In this document: piece by piece, positions 1-14,751 of the stretch
Numbering within the stretch: the stretch's first letter is position 1
Layout: each line of letters opens with the position of its first letter
Assembly (NCBI GenBank): GCA_951406725.2
Contig: OX597815.1
Coordinates: forward strand, 38,998,001 to 39,062,000
From: Octopus vulgaris
Taxonomy: Eukaryota
DNA length: 64,000 bases
Direction: 5' to 3'
The notes under the pieces: generated by a model
The model's database searches: none
What the model was told of the DNA's origin: nothing
Seen by the model: the letters and a program-made list of their open reading frames with translations, nothing else
Position numbers and translations under genes: made by a program

Positions 1-229
1 CTCCAGAATGTCCGATGAGGCGAGAGTCCAGTGAGGTGTATTATGAACAAATGAATAAATAAAAAGATGGGTACACGTCAATTCATTACAGCTGTTTCTT
101 TAATAGATCAATAAGTACATTACATCAAAACTAAAACTAAAAATGATACATAACATTTCAAGGCAATATAAAAACAACACTTTATCACGGTGGGTCAGTC
201 GAACTTGATTCCAACTGAGGCTGACTTGG

Positions 230-900
230 AATGAGAGGAACAGTAAACCTTGGATGACATTAAGAAGTTAGTTTGAGGGTAGGGCAAGCGTTCAAAAGAT
301 TTATAGCTTCAGGGCATGTAAAATGTTAAAGAAAGAAATCGAGTTGTTTCTTGCAATAAATACATTTAAAACAAATTTTCTTTTCAATGACCCTTAAAAT
401 ACTATTGTGGATTCTCATTTTACTATTTTGCTTGTTTTGACACCTTAAAAATCTTATATGAACTCCAGGGTCCATATGGACCCCGGTTGAGAAACACTTC
501 TCTAAATGTTGGGCCTCACTATTATTGAAGATCTCCCCAGACGAAAATATATCATTAATATAGCTAAGACCGCATCCCAAGGACTGACTCTTCCTTCCTA
601 CTCAACCACCGACAATTATTGATACTCAACAAAGTTCAGGGGTAACTCATAACGGGGTATTGCTCTCAGATCAGGATGGTGTTGTTGCAACACACAAAGA
701 CATTCTAGACTGCATACAGAAAAGGTACACCCGACTGAGTGGAATAAAATTGCTCACAGACACACTTCATCTCCTGGCCTACCTCCAAGCTGTCTCTTCA
801 CTCTGGTCCTTGAATTCCTATAACATACAAATCATTTTGTTCACCACATTACCAATTCTGTGCTCAACAATCATACCAACAAGAGAGCCTGTATATAGTA
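230..900. mobile_element. Degenerate CR1/L2-type LINE fragments (- strand ~230-580, + strand ~600-900)
   Basis: Minus strand gives a broken (G)SVLG...YINDI RT motif. Plus strand ILDCIQKRYTRL...LTDTLHLLAYLQAVSSL resembles CR1/L2-group ORF2 C-termini. Confidence 0.45.
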
Positions 901-1428
901 GCTCGTCCTGCTAGAAATAGCAATCAACTCTCCCTAAAATCTCCCCTGTCGTTAAACAAGGAAAGAACATAACAAATTTGATTCTAGATAAACTATGCAT
1001 GCAAAGAATAGTTTTGCGCATAGGTTTGCTTAAACAAGTTTCCCTGTGACAAAGCAACATAACTATCAGTACCGTGTGACTGAATGGTTGTGTTAAGGCC
1101 CTGTTAAGTTATTAGTCATTGTTAGATGAATATGGGTGTGTAGACTCTGATTAGAAAAATATCTCTACCCTTGTGATTATTATTTGTAGCTGAGTAGATT
1201 TACTAAGGCCGAAATACACCTGCAGTTATCTTCCGTATTTGACGAAATAATTAAAATAACATTAGTCATTAACTAATATTGTCTTTTCTCTCAACATAAT
1301 TACTTCTCAATTATCACTGAATTAAATATAACACTGACTTGGCTTCCGTCTTTTCATGCTGTTGACATTTCTGTGATATTGCTCTCAGTAACTTATTTTT
1401 ATCTTTAGCTATCTTGTCTTACTCTATG

Positions 1429-1822
1429 GGGGAGGCGCAATGGCCCAGTGGTTAGGGCAGCGGACTCGCGGTCATAGGATCGCGGTTTCGATTCCCAGAC
1501 CGGGCGTTGTGAATGTTTATTGAGCGAAAACACCTAAACCTCCACGAGGCTCCGGCAGGGGATGGTGGTGATCCCTGCTGTACTCTTTCACCACAACTTT
1601 CTCTCACTCTTACTTCCTGTTTCTGTTGTACCTGTATTTCAAAGGGCCGGCCTTGTCACTCTCTGTGTCACGCTGAATATCCCCGAGAACTACGTTAAGG
1701 GTACACGTGTCTGTGGAGTGCTCAGCCACTTACACGTTAATTTCACGAGCAGGCTGTTCCGTTGATTCGGATAAACCGGAGCCCTCGTCGTCGTAACCGA
1801 CGGAGTGCTTCCAGTCCCAGTC
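1429..1822 (+). mobile_element. Young full-length tRNA-derived SINE (family A) with 11-bp target-site duplication
   Basis: Pol III A box TGGCCCAGTGG (1441) and B-box-like GGTTTCGATTCC. Direct repeat CTTACTCTATG at 1418-1428 and 1823-1833. A decayed copy lies at ~59302-59610. Confidence 0.9.
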
Positions 1823-2328
1823 CTTACTCTATGAAAATATTATTAGTGTTCAAAACGGAACATCTTTCCTGAGTATGATACTCTCATTCATTTCCTTCAG
1901 CGTTTGTCCCTATTGCAATAAACACGACAGGGCCGCACACTACACGACTCGACTTCAACCAAGACACTAACGAAATAAATGAATCATCATTCACTTGATC
2001 ACATAATCCACACTCGTAAAAACAAAATTATTTACTGTAATGAAATACTTCTTACGTATGTAAGGAATTTGCTTTCAGAAAATGTAGTGTGTTGAAGTAG
2101 ATGCGAACAAAAAGTAACAAAAAAGGGTGGGAAGAACATTTACTGCTTCGTCATCTCGGTAGTATATAAGTTATGGACTATTACGAAGAAGGTCATTGAG
2201 GCAGAAAAGTAATAGTAAGGTGACTTCTTACACGTTTCATTTTTTTTCTTTCTTTTTTTCGAGAAAAAAAACAGAAATTTATCTTCTCTTATCTCTTATC
2301 TCTTATGATCTCTTATCTCTTATTATAA

Positions 2329-4043
2329 TCTCTTATTATAAAAGGCAGATTTTATCTGCCTCCCTTTGTCTTTTATAGAAATCGACAATATAGGATTTCT
2401 TCAATTACAATTTACCTAGCATTTTTAAGAGTAGAATAAATCGGGTCGTGCCAGGTCCGGTTTTTAAAATTTCAACCCCAATTAAGCAAAATTTTGAGAA
2501 AACTCACATTGTGGTGTGTAAGTCAAGTGCTTTTCTTAGTGTGGGCTACAGCACACGCACACACACACACACAAAAACGGAGCGATCTGCTTCACTCACG
2601 CTATCACCCTAATTTCTACTCCTTTCTCTTTGCAAGTGTGCAACGATTAAAGTGAAACTATTTCTATAAAACGAGAGAAGTGTACCTTAAACCACTACTA
2701 AAAAAAAACACAGCAAACAGAAACAAATAAATACATAACGATTTACTCCTCACACAATTTCTTCAATTAGAGTTTACCTATGATTTTTCAAAGTACTTCC
2801 ATTCGGTCATGCCATACAAAATTTCTTTCAATTTCACCCCCAATTAAGACAAAATTCGAGAAAACTCAATATTTTAACATTTCACTCCGAAAGCATTGAT
2901 GTACATGTGTGCGTGCGTGAGTGTGTGTGTGTGTGTGTTTGATGGGATGTGCGACACAGAAAGTGTGGTGTGTAAGTGAAGTGCTTTTGTTAGTGTGTGT
3001 AAAGAGACAGAGAGAGTACACATACCTACGTTCACCTAAAGCACGCACACACACACACACACAAGCGGAGCGCGAACTTCAAAAGAAATTCGCGTGCTAT
3101 CTATCTGGTTTGCCATTCCTCACACACACGCATACACATACATATATGACAGTGACAAACACAAACGTTTCAAACAACTACATACAAACACGTGTGTGTT
3201 TGTTATTAGTAAAAAAGGCGCCAAACACAACTCACTTCTCATTCGAACACATTTGCAAAAACACACCGACGGTCGGATTGCCATAACAATACAGAAAAGG
3301 TAAATTGGTTTTTAATTTACTTTCTGTCGTTAAATTTTGGTAGTATTAATTGGCGAGCCGAGCTTCTTTCAGTATATATTTATACATACATAAATATATA
3401 CACATATTCTGTATATATTTTATTATATAATAATATATATAGATATATGTATATATAATTGCAGAATGAAACAGTGTTTATGTATAAACAGACGACACTT
3501 ATATATAGTTATTAATAAATGTATGCATCCGTTTAAAAGAAAAACCAAAAAATATTTTATTCTTTATAAATGTTGTGTTCAAAATAACATTTTCTTTTAA
3601 GAATGTGTATATAACAAAGTATGTGTATATAACTACGTGGCTTATATCTTTATATATAAAAGTGAAGTTGTGTGTCTGTCTCCTACGATTTGGATTCGTA
3701 ACTACTCCCACATTTTGCGGTGCAGTTTAACCAAAAGCGGGTATCTTATAGTCGTGATTCATATCGAGCCCTTCTGGGTATTAGCGCGCGTCTACGATGA
3801 GTCTACGATTTTAAAAAAATTTACCATCATATTTTTCCATTTTAATGTATTTTTTCGCTATTATATAAGGGAAGTAACTCTCTAAAAATATCTACGATGT
3901 GTCAACGATTTAAAAAAAAAATTTACCTTAATTTTTTTTCCATTTTTAATGCATTTTTTGCTATTTTTTGGCTATAACTCTCTAAAAATGCTTATATATT
4001 TATTTCCCTTACAAACCCGAGCAACGCCGGGCGATACTGCTAG
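2329..4043 (+). mobile_element. Non-autonomous Helitron-like element 1
   Basis: 5' A|TC start (TCTCTTATTATAAAAGGCAG). 3' GC-rich hairpin CCCGAGCAACGCCGGG followed by CTAG|T. No TSD. Confidence 0.75.
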
Positions 4044-5057
4044 TCTTATGATAAAAGGCAGATTTTCTCTGCCTCCCAAATCGTTCGTTTTTTATACAAT
4101 TGTATAATATAGAATTTCTTCAATTGGAATTTACCTATGATTTTTCCAAGTAGATTCCATTGGGTCATGGCATGTAAAGTTTTTTTTCAATTTGACCCCC
4201 AATTAAGCAAAAATTCGAGAAAACTCGATATTTTACGATTTGCCTCTCTCATTTCAAGTGCTTCACTCCTTCCATTACCACTACATTTTCTCCTCCTTTC
4301 TCTTTGCAAGTGTGCAACAATTAAAGTGAAAGTATTTGTATAACAGGGATGAACCATTAATACTGGTCATCCTTTTTGCTAGAGGAAGATCCGCTATGGT
4401 CTTATATGCTATACCACTGGTTTTCAATTCATATTAATCAAATTAATATTCATTTTTTCACCCTTATTATGTGTATGTGTGTATTAGCAATTCGTATAAA
4501 ATTGCATCAATGACTTGAACTTGAATAAGTGGTTTCACATAAATGGGGATAAATTAAAAAGGTTTGTTGTTATTATTATTATTGTTTGACTATTGTAATC
4601 ACGTTTGTTGGTTCCTCGTCAGGGAAACGTTGTTATGTTGCATTTGTTAAATAATTGTAAACCGTAATCCTCCCCCTTTTGGAGAAGGGGCTTTGGTTAT
4701 TGTTTAAAAATTGAATTGGGTCCCTGTTTGGGGAAACTGACAATATTTTCACCGTCTTTACGGAAGCATTTTTGTTAAAATGCTTTCGATAGAAGAAAGT
4801 CCAAAAACGAATTTCGCTGCAGCCATACACTTCTATATAAGAGGGACGACAAGATCCAATTGATCGAAATTACAAGAGACGGGCCTACAATTCCGGTCTG
4901 TTATATATTTTGAGTATTGTTATCACTAGCGATATCAAGATATAACTTTGTATTTTGTATTTTATGTGTAGATGTATATAAATAGATGTACATGTAATAT
5001 GTACACATATATATATACACATATATACATGCATAATATATCTACCCATACCCACAT

Positions 5058-5100
<43 letters not shown>

Positions 5101-5516
5101 TAGGGGCAGGTGTGGCTGTGTGGTAACAAACTACGTTCCAAACACATGGTCCTGGGTTCAGTCCCACTGTGTGGTGACTTGGCATGTGTCTTCTGCTGTA
5201 GCTTCAGACCAACAAAAGCCTTCTCAGTGGATTTTGTACATACATACAGGCAACTTTCAAACCAGCCTTACATTAGAACCGGAATCTCAAAAACATTGTC
5301 CCCTTCAGCGCAAAGCTCAACTGCTCTATCCTGACATGGAGGGTATCACCAATGAAATCTACAACAAAACACTCATTGACGTTGAAGACAGAATTGCTAA
5401 ACTGGGTGGAAATGAATTGTCGACGCAGGAAACACAACAAAAAAACACTCAAACACACACACGTGTGTATTTGTTACAGTTGTCAATTGTTGAAAGAAAC
5501 AAATTGTAAGCTAAGA

Positions 5517-5578
<62 letters not shown>

Positions 5579-6015
5579 GAAGTGAAGGATAAAAATATGG
5601 ACCTTTTATTTCCGTACAGACAACATAACACTATCAACCTCATACCACCACATAGGGCATCCATTCTCTTTTAACACAGCATGAAGTTTTGTAACAGCAC
5701 ATCTGCTGCCGTTCGTGGAAAACGAAGAGACCCTATTCACCTGCGAACGTTTTACACCGCCTTCCACGACTATCAAATTCTTACAATTATGAGAACAATA
5801 ACATGGCTCTTTTCAAGGCAACCTCGCATTCAATTCTTACACCATTCTACGAGGGGGTAGGAACCCCTTTACACGGCTTTCTATACCCTTGCAAATACAT
5901 TCATTCGCCGTAAACTTATATCAATATTTGCCTGAATAATCATCATAATTCAGTGCAATCATTAACAGTACTTTCAAGCAATTCAACCCCGAGCATCGCC
6001 GGGCAATTCTGCTAG
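4044..6015 (+). mobile_element. Helitron-like element 2 with a RepHel-like coding remnant (~5250-5420), head-to-tail with element 1
   Basis: Same 5' motif TCTTATGATAAAAGGCAG directly after the previous CTAG. Ends CCCGAGCATCGCCGGG...CTAG|T. Peptide PDMEGITNEIYNKTLIDVEDRIAKLGG resembles the Helitron Rep-helicase linker. Confidence 0.65.
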
Positions 6016-6119
6016 TAAACTATATAGTCAAACAAATAATTCCTCGTGTCCCAGTATGGTCACTACTCTTGAACTGAAACTAGAAAAAGAGCAATAATAA
6101 TTATAATTGATAAATATGT

Positions 6120-6695
6120 TGATATCTATATGCCCGTTTCACACCTATTTTACAGGCAAGACAAAAAGAAGAGTGTGTTCTCGTTTTACTTTTTATATGT
6201 GACCTACATAAGCCGAATGTAGGAGCGCAATGATCTAAGATACTTGCTCGGTTTCCCACGATCTCCATAGGCCGGTCCAGTTGATGCAATCAAATGCAGA
6301 CTTGAAGTCGGTGAATGCAAACAATTCCTTCAGCCCTCAGCGCATACGTTCTTCCATCAGCTGTCGAAGGGCAAAGATTTGGCCATGTCTGCAGGATGAG
6401 CACTGGAAGACTACCTCAATAACTTTTGTGGCGACAACGACTCATGCACTGCAGAGGCAGCGCCGCAGCGCACCAAAGGAGATATGAACGAAATAAACTG
6501 AGGAAGATCTGAAGTCGCAACACCTCGACCTCGACCTCAAGTATGTTAAAGCCAACCACATGGATCGGAAAGCGTAAAATGATATCATCACCAGAGTCTA
6601 TCATCCAGCGGTACCCACAACAACGTATTTGTTGAAAGGACAGCCTCCACCTCCAGTCGCCAGCTAGGGATCAGAGGAGGAGGAGGAGAAGGAGG
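6120..6695. mobile_element. Short RTE-type LINE remnant, apparently 5'-inverted
   Basis: Minus strand ~6250-6330 reads LFAFTDFKSAFDCI (RT motif). The plus-strand part ends in a (GAG)n tail. Confidence 0.45.
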
Positions 6696-6836
6696 ACGCG
6701 GAGTGACCTTTCCTACTGTAATCTCCAACTAAATAACGTTCTTACTATTATACAAGTCCTCCACACATTTTCATTTTAGTTATACAAGAATTCTAAATAC
6801 TGGTTATTTATCACGCAATTTAAATTTAGCTCGCAT

Positions 6837-6980
<144 letters not shown>

Positions 6981-7020
6981 AGTGAGAGGGAGAGAATGAG
7001 AGAAGCTATGACTTGTACTA

Positions 7021-7405
7021 TCTCTCTCTATATAAACGGCAGTTTGTCTGTGCGTGTTTCTGTGTGTCTGTTTGCTTGTACCCTCACCCTGACCACGGCT
7101 TTCAACCGATTCTGATGAAACTTGACACACACATAGCCCAATGTCATAATTCAAAACTAACGCAGCGAAAATTTTGAAAAGTTCCCCCAGTTCTGAAAAA
7201 AATCGATAAATTCGACATGGGGTCGACAATGAGAAACACAAACCACAAACTGTCTAGGGGACGCAACTCCACCTTTTTTAAATCTCAAAAAAAAATTTAC
7301 CATCATTTTTTTCCATTTTTTTGCTGTTTTTTGGCTATAACTCTCTAAAAATGCTTTATAGTTATTTCCCTTACAAACCTGAGCAACGCCGGGCGATACT
7401 GCTAG
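7021..7405 (+). mobile_element. Short non-autonomous Helitron-like element 3
   Basis: A|TCTCTCTCTATATAAACGGCAG start. The last ~120 bp match the end of element 1, including the hairpin and CTAG|T. Confidence 0.75.
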
Positions 7406-7515
7406 TATATATATATATATATACACACACACATAGACACACATATATATATATATACATACATATATACGTACGTACATACATACATACATACATACAT
7501 ACATACATACATACA

Positions 7516-7546
<31 letters not shown>

Positions 7547-7554
7547 GTATATAT

Positions 7555-7775
7555 GTGTGTGTGTGTTTGTGTGTCTGTGTTTGTCCCCCAACATCGCTTG
7601 ACAAACGATGGTGGTGTGTTTACGTACCCGTAACGTAGCGGTTCGACAAAAGAGACCGGTAGAATAAGTACTAGGCTTCCAAAGAATAAGTCCTGGGGTC
7701 GATCTGCTTGACTAAAGGCGGTGCTCCAACATGGCTGCAGTCAAATGACTGAAACAAGAAAAAGAGTAAAAGAGA
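7555..7775 (+). mobile_element. 3' half of SINE family B
   Basis: Matches the 3' half of the copies at 14302 and 27555 (...GAATAAGTCCTGGGGTCGAT...CAGTCAAATGACTGAAACAAG). Confidence 0.85.
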
Positions 7776-7794
7776 AAAGAGAGAGAGTAGTAAT

Positions 7795-10700
7795 GTTTTC
7801 TTCATTAACCACTTAGGGTTAGCAAAAAACATTAGGGACGGTACAGGACAATACAATGTGGGGTTACATAAAATGAAACGGGTAAAAAGTGAAAACGATA
7901 ATAAATTTTAATAACGAAATATTCTCCAAAAGAAGGAGGCTTCCTAGGGTTTCGGGGTGGGGGGCACAAAGCCACGGTCACCCTGACAACTAGGATAAGT
8001 GCCTTATCTGTATCGTCCTCCTTCAACTTGCAAACGCATGCTTAAAGTTCGCTCGGGCCATTCTTGCAACATTCACCCACATTTTAGCAAAATTACTGGG
8101 AAGCAACACTTCCTCTCTACCCTCCTTTCCAAGTAAAACTTGAAAAAGTTAATGCAGGCTTGGCTAAAGAGGAAAGTATCTGTCTTCAAGCCCTTTCTGT
8201 CTGGTCCACCACACAACCTCTTTCGATAAGGCCACTAGGCAAAAAACACTGCCTGCCCTTCCCGGTCAAAGAAAGGCGGCAGGACGATCTTCAAAATGGA
8301 TTCAGCCGACAGCCGGATCTGTCCTACACATCACAGCAGGTGTTTGATATAAATCCACAAGTCAGCAATGGGCCTGAGTATGCAAAATAGTTTCGTCGCT
8401 CTGCGCGCATCTGGCGGAAGCCTGGCTGACGGCATTTCAATGTCTGTAGAATTTATCCCAAATCGGCAATGCCTCCTGATAGCACTGCCAGACCAACGAT
8501 TTCTGGAAATTATCCATGGGCTCCGACACGAAAGTCCTCTGAATCAGACAGACAGCTAATTCTCATAGATGCTGAGAGTCTTCCTGAGAACGTCGTCGCA
8601 TTTGCCCACCACTAACCCTCTATAGAATACCAAAGTTGGACTGCCACCGACCGCATTGCCCGGCTGACTGAGGATTGTGAGCGCCTGATGGCTCTTTAGT
8701 GCCACGCACCATGCTTCAGTCTACGCTTGGTCCAGATCTGCAGCTCAGTTAAAGAGGTGAGCTGTGGAAAACCCTGTCTGCCAAACGGCGACTATACCTA
8801 CTCAGCGTTAAGGAAGTACTGGATATGTCGTAGCTTCAGTGCATGTCTGCGCATCGGCGTTCAAGGTATGCCCAGCCCTTCGTTTAGCAGGTGTTGACAG
8901 CAACTGGAGTGACTGGCCAGTGGAACGCGTCTCTTCCACAAAAAGCAGAAGTGTGTGCGCTCCAGTTTGGTCAGATGTGAACTGGGCCAGGCGGTAATAT
9001 ATAATGGAGGCGATCTAAGCATTCGCCACTTCTGTCCGACTTTTCAGGGTTAGCTTTCTTTCGGCCTATTTCTGGGTGATATTGGCTATCCTGCTCGTCA
9101 CCTCGTCCCATTTCTTCTCTACCTGGAGATCTGGACCAAACCAGACTCCAAGCAATTTAACCGGCCTTTCTGTCCAGCGTCCTACGATATTATTGGACGG
9201 CGTGGACCTGCCTCTCCAGATGCCGAGCTGCAAGCCCACTGACTTTTCTTGGTTAATTCTTGCTTCTGTCACCGCTGCGCATTCTTTTAGAGAAGTGTCG
9301 ATCAGGTCTATGTGCCTGGTGTTCGACACAATGATGATGTTTGCGTATGCCGAGACTGTTCTCCAACATCCTAGTCTGCGCGGGATACCTCTCAACACCT
9401 CCAATTTCCGCAGTAATGGCTCAAGAGCCAGTACATACAGAAGAGACGAGAGGAGACACCCCTGATGGACCAAATGCGTGATGCTGAATGGTTCCGATAG
9501 GGAACCATTCATTCGAACTACAGAGCAAATATCAGTGGATATTGCAGCGATCCAACCATAGAAAACAAGACCGAAGTCGGCCGCAAAGTATTGTTTTCGA
9601 CTCCATTGAAGGCTTTAGATTGACCAAAATTAATCAGGGCTCCACTAACGCCAGCTTCTGTACTCCTCCTCTCAATGATGTATCGCGTGAGGTGGAGGTT
9701 GTCGTGGATGGATCTGCTTGGAAAAGCGCATGTTTGCGTATCACGAATCAATTCCTCGACGACAACCGTCAACCACTTTGCTAATACTTTGACCATCATT
9801 TAGAAATCTGCGTTCAGCAGCGTTATGCACCTAAAACTTTCTATTGATCACCCCCACCCACCCTGTTAGGGCTTTTTTCTCAGCAGTTCCACCGCTCCCC
9901 GACTCATAGGACTAGGAATGCTCCTGTTCTGCTGCCAGTTGCGGTAGATATCTGCTAAGAAACCGCCAAAAATGTCTGGCGTATAAAAGTAAAGCTAATA
10001 GGGCAGGCTATCTAAGATACGCGATTCCATCGCCAATCGTCGTGCAGCTCCTCATCGCATCTCGTACTTCCACGTTTGTTAATGATATTTTGTAACGTTC
10101 TTCTCCTCTTGCCGTGAGTCATGGAATACAGTCGAGGTAGGCACTTAAGTTCATCCTGCGTTCCGGAATGCCATTTGTCCCAAATAGCTGGGCCAAGTGC
10201 CACTGAAATGCCGTACACATCTGCTCGAGCTCGAGTACTGTGCGACCATTTCGATCCACCAAAGATCAAATTCTGGCTTTTCTTTTGCCACGTTGCGCCT
10301 CTTCCACTCGGGGCCATCGAGCGGCTTTCGTTCCCTCGGTTTTTAGAGCACACACCTTAGCTCTAACAAGCCATTTATGTTCTGTATAGCCAACGATTTT
10401 GAAAAGAGGATAAGTTAGGGTTGAAGAATTGGTCCAGGACCAATCTCGCCGCCGGCACGTCAGCTGCGATGCCTTTCCTATGAGACTCTTCTAAGTTTCT
10501 ATCTAAGTTTTCCTCTATTCTATTTCTTTCTATTGCTAATGCCGTACTAAGCCGAATCGATTCTACTATAATTGTCCTTTTCAGGTTAAAACACCATTTG
10601 TTGTTGACCACTGACCCCGTCAACGCCCGTTTAACATCTTCGCTAATCTGGTCTCCGTAAGCTAGGCACGCCAGGAGTGACGCGTTCAGCTTCCAGTAAC

Positions 10701-10845
10701 TAGGTCCCTGCCTACGAGGTCTGTCTAGATCGACCGTGCAGATCAAAAATTTGTGTTCTGTATAGCCAACGATTTTGAAAAGAGGACAACTTATGCTATC
10801 CTTATCTACTAGCCTGCAGAATTATCTATCTAGATATGACCTGGG
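7795..10845 (-). mobile_element. Degenerate Tx1/L1-clade LINE (endonuclease C-terminus plus RT)
   Basis: Minus-strand ORF pieces GPSYWKLNASLL, KVLAKWL...QTCAFPSRSIHDNLHLTRYII, VHQGCLLSSLLYVLALEPLL and VKLLGVWFG, broken by frameshifts. Confidence 0.85.
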
Positions 10846-10919
10846 TGGAAACAACTGTAGCGATTAATAAATAACTGTCCAACAGTACTCCTTGTTGATT
10901 CCAATTTCTTCAATTTGTG

Positions 10920-10980
<61 letters not shown>

Positions 10981-11164
10981 CGGTTAAGTTTTAATTACCA
11001 ATTGTAACGGGTAAGATTAATTAGTAAACCATAATATGAAATGTCAGTCAGCAGTTGTAACGATAAAAATTTGTTGTTATAACGGCATTTTTTTATGATG
11101 TGAAAGATGAAGAATGCATGAAGTTTTAAGGAAATATTTATTTACCGTTACGTTACAATACCTT

Positions 11165-13830
11165 GCCTCGACGGGCAAGTTATGAGATTGTTATCAACAA
11201 TTACACCCAGGTCTCTGATATTATTAGAGAAAGACGAGTGTATGACTGTTTTAGTATAGACTTTCTTCCAAAATGCATCAGCTCAAATTTTCCCTCGTTC
11301 AGTTGCATTTTGTTTTTGTCTGCCCATTGACTCACAGTATATAGATCAGACTGGAGTTGAATCCGGCCTTCCTCTTCATTGATGATTTTCTGGAGCTTAG
11401 TGTCATCGGCAAATATTTTCACTTTGTAGTGATTTACGACGCTGGAAAGGTCATTTATGTAAATTATAAAGAGGAGCGGGTCCAAGACAGTCCCCAGAGG
11501 GACGCCACAGTGACTTTTGCTGGGCTTGAGTGAACTCCATCGACCACAACTTCTTGTGTTCTATTCGCCAGGAAATACTTAATCCAGTGTAGAAGTTTTC
11601 CACGGATTCCAACATTTGCCAATTTTGAGAGTAAGATATTATGGTCAACCCTATCGAACACTTTACTGAAGTCAAGATATATGAGATCAGAGTTCGAACC
11701 TGTTCCCAAGGCTTTAAGTATATCTTCAATGTGGTGTAAGAGCTGTGTTAGACAGATCCTGCCACAGTGAAAGCCATGCTGATTTGTATTTAGGAGTTTG
11801 TGGGTCTCCAGGAAGTCAGCTATCCTTGATCTTACCACTCTTTCAAACACTTTGATGATGTGGGAGGTGAGTGAGATTAGGCGATAGTTAACTGCGAGGG
11901 ATCTGTTTCCCTGTTTGAAACCGGGATGACAGACTGAGATTGAAGCTGTTTTGGTATATAACCTGAGTCTAAAGATTTTCTCCAGAGGTTGGTTAGAGGG
12001 ACTGCAAGTTGGTGTCTACATTCCTTCAGGAGACTAGCGGAGAATCTATCAGGCCTACAGCAAAATAGTATTTGACCTTATTTATTACTGCTATGATGTC
12101 TGAGGCAATGAAGGTTATGTCCGAGATTTTATGTTGGAAATCAACTTCGTTCGCTTCTCTTACGTCAATATCAGTGGGATCACTAAAGATAGAGCAGTAT
12201 TGTTTCTGCAGTATTTCTGCCATTTCTTTAGCATCGTGTTGGGGAATGCCGTTATCATCGATCAATGGTCCAATGAGTGAGACAGTGGTTCTATACTTAT
12301 TTGAATAAGAGTAGAACACTTTTGGGTTTTGTTTGATGTTTTTGATTACCCTCTATTCCTCCGCAGCTTTTTGATTTTCAATGGAGGTTTTCATGTCGGT
12401 CTGCAAAGGAAGTTTTTCCAACTCCAGCCTTTTCATTGTTGTTGAATGTGAATGTTGTATGTGGGAGTATTTTAATTGGTTGATTTTTTATTGAGTCTTT
12501 TGATGCACCTGATGAGTGCTATTTTTTTCTTTCTATGGAGCCTGTTTTTCTATGTGTTAGTAGATTTCGTAGTAGCGTGTTTCAAGCATTAATAGGTGAC
12601 AATATTCTCAAAGTATTGCCATGCGGTCTCAATGTGAGTGGAACTGAGAGTGAAAGAACAGTCGATGAAGGACAGATCCTTTCTGATTGCTCCCCAGTCC
12701 GCTTTGTGGAAGTTTATGTTGTCAAATGAGGACCGTAGAGTGGGATTGGCTGGTTTGGTTTTGATATGCCGGTAATCAAAATTGCAGAGTATCACATGTC
12801 GTGATCTGAGAGGAGAGTTTTTTCAACTGAAATACTGTGAATGGAGCTACAGTGGTTGGTTAAGATCGTTTTATTCTATCTTGTTGGTTCGAGCACTCGA
12901 TGAGTCAGGAAGAATTTATCCATTAGATTAAAGAGTAATTCTACTGCTGCTTTATCTGGTGTAGCGCATTTGTCTAACTTCAAAGTATTTGTGGGCCAGT
13001 TTATATGAGAGAGGTTAAAATCACCCATCACTAGTATATTTCCGTAATTGTATTTTTAAAGGAAGGACTTGATTTTGTTGAGGCACTCTTCAAAGCACTT
13101 TAGAGGTGCTTGGGGAGGCCTGTAAAGACCAACAATGATTATGTCTTTGGCCTTGTTGAATATTGATATAGATTCACAATAGCCATTGGAAAATATGTCC
13201 TTGGCATCAACTGAAAAGGAGTCTTGGAGAAAGATGGCTGCCCCCGCCCACCTTTATTTCGGTCTGTGCGATCTGCATGGACGATGGTGAAATCTTTTAT
13301 TTTCACCTCGGCATCCATATGTGTGCTGTTTAGGTGAGTTTCAGTAAGGATAAAGAAAGGGAACCAATGTGCCGTTTCGGCAAGTCAACTCCCTATATAT
13401 GGGATCTTCCATTTTTGGGCAATGAATAATGGGTTGATGCCACGTACATTTAACAGGAATGTCGAAGTAAGGGTAGTTTGATGCTCGCATTGTTCTAAGT
13501 TATGTTTCATGTTGTTCAGAGGTAGCAATGAGGGTAGTTTTTGTATGGAGCTGTGTGTGTATGATTTTCTAGTTGGTGGTGGGTAGGTGTTCCTTGTGTT
13601 TTGCATAAATGGTTGCTGATTGCTCGTTGGATCTCCTGGCTTAGGTCGGCTTTCATATTTTCTAGATAAGTTAGTAAAAAAGAGTTGCCTCTTTGGTTTA
13701 CCACTTGGTCAGAGGATACATAGTTCATGTTTATATTATTTGGTGTTATGGTTTTCCCATAGTTCTGTATTCGTTGTTTGATTGTAGGAGGTGAAATGTG
13801 GTTGTATTTTGTTTTTGTTATTGTCGTAGG
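11165..13830 (-). mobile_element. Degenerate CR1/Jockey-group LINE (ORF1 tail, AP endonuclease, RT), 3'-truncated
   Basis: Minus-strand motifs VMGDFN (endonuclease), NQHGF, DLIYLDFSKVFDRVDH, PLLFIIYINDL and KIFADDTKL. Confidence 0.9.
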
Positions 13831-13844
13831 TCTCCTCTGTTGCT

Positions 13845-13879
<35 letters not shown>

Positions 13880-13889
<10 letters not shown>

Positions 13890-14107
13890 TAAATTAGAGA
13901 CAAAACCACTATTATGCAAATCAAACAAAGAAAGACTTAAGCCAATACATAAATTAATTTATATAAATTTAGAAATTTAACAATTATAAATTATAAATTA
14001 TAATTGTTAAATTTCTAAATTTATATAAATTAATTTATGTATTGGCTTAAGTCTTTCTTTGTTTGATTTGCATAATAGTGGTTTTGTCTCTAATTTAATA
14101 TAATATA
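13880..14107. repeat. Perfect fold-back inverted repeat (~110-bp arms) next to (TA)n, probable Penelope-like remnant
   Basis: The arms are exact reverse complements around a short spacer at ~13990-13997. Family assignment is inference. Confidence 0.85.
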
Positions 14108-14186
14108 ATATTTTACTATAAAATTGGATTCAATCCTAAATCTGATTTTTCCCTGTAAATTTGGATTTATTCCCTAATATTTATTA

Positions 14187-14297
<111 letters not shown>

Positions 14298-14301
14298 GAG
14301 A

Positions 14302-14660
14302 GAGGAGTGGCTGTGTGGTAAATAGCTTGCTTACCAACCACATGGTTCCGGGTTCGTCCTTCTGCAAGTGTCTTCTACTATAGCCTCGGGCCGATCAAAG
14401 CCTTGGATTTGGTAGACGGTAACTGAAAGAAGCCCGTCGTATGTGTGTGTGTGCGTGTGTTTGTGTGTTTGTCCCCGCCAACATCGCTTGACAACCGATG
14501 CTGGTGAGCTTACGTTCCCGTAACGAAACGATTCAGCAAAACAGACCAATAGAATAAGTGCTAGGCTTACAAAGAATAAGTCCTGGGATCGATTTGCTCG
14601 ACTAAAGGCGGTGCGCCAGCACTGCCGCAGTCAAATGACTGAAACAAGTAAAAGAATATA
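14302..14660 (+). mobile_element. tRNA-head SINE family B with internal (TG)n
   Basis: GTGGCTGTGTGGTAA A box and GGTTCCGGGTTCG B-box region. About ten homologous copies in the window. Confidence 0.9.

Positions 14661-14751
<91 letters not shown>

Noticed and set aside
1429-1505. tRNA-like sequence
   Set aside because: It is the head of a SINE with a body, a TSD and another copy in the window; I see no complete cloverleaf.
10378-10786. ~33-bp direct repeat within the Tx1/L1 element
   Set aside because: Most simply a local rearrangement in a dead LINE copy.
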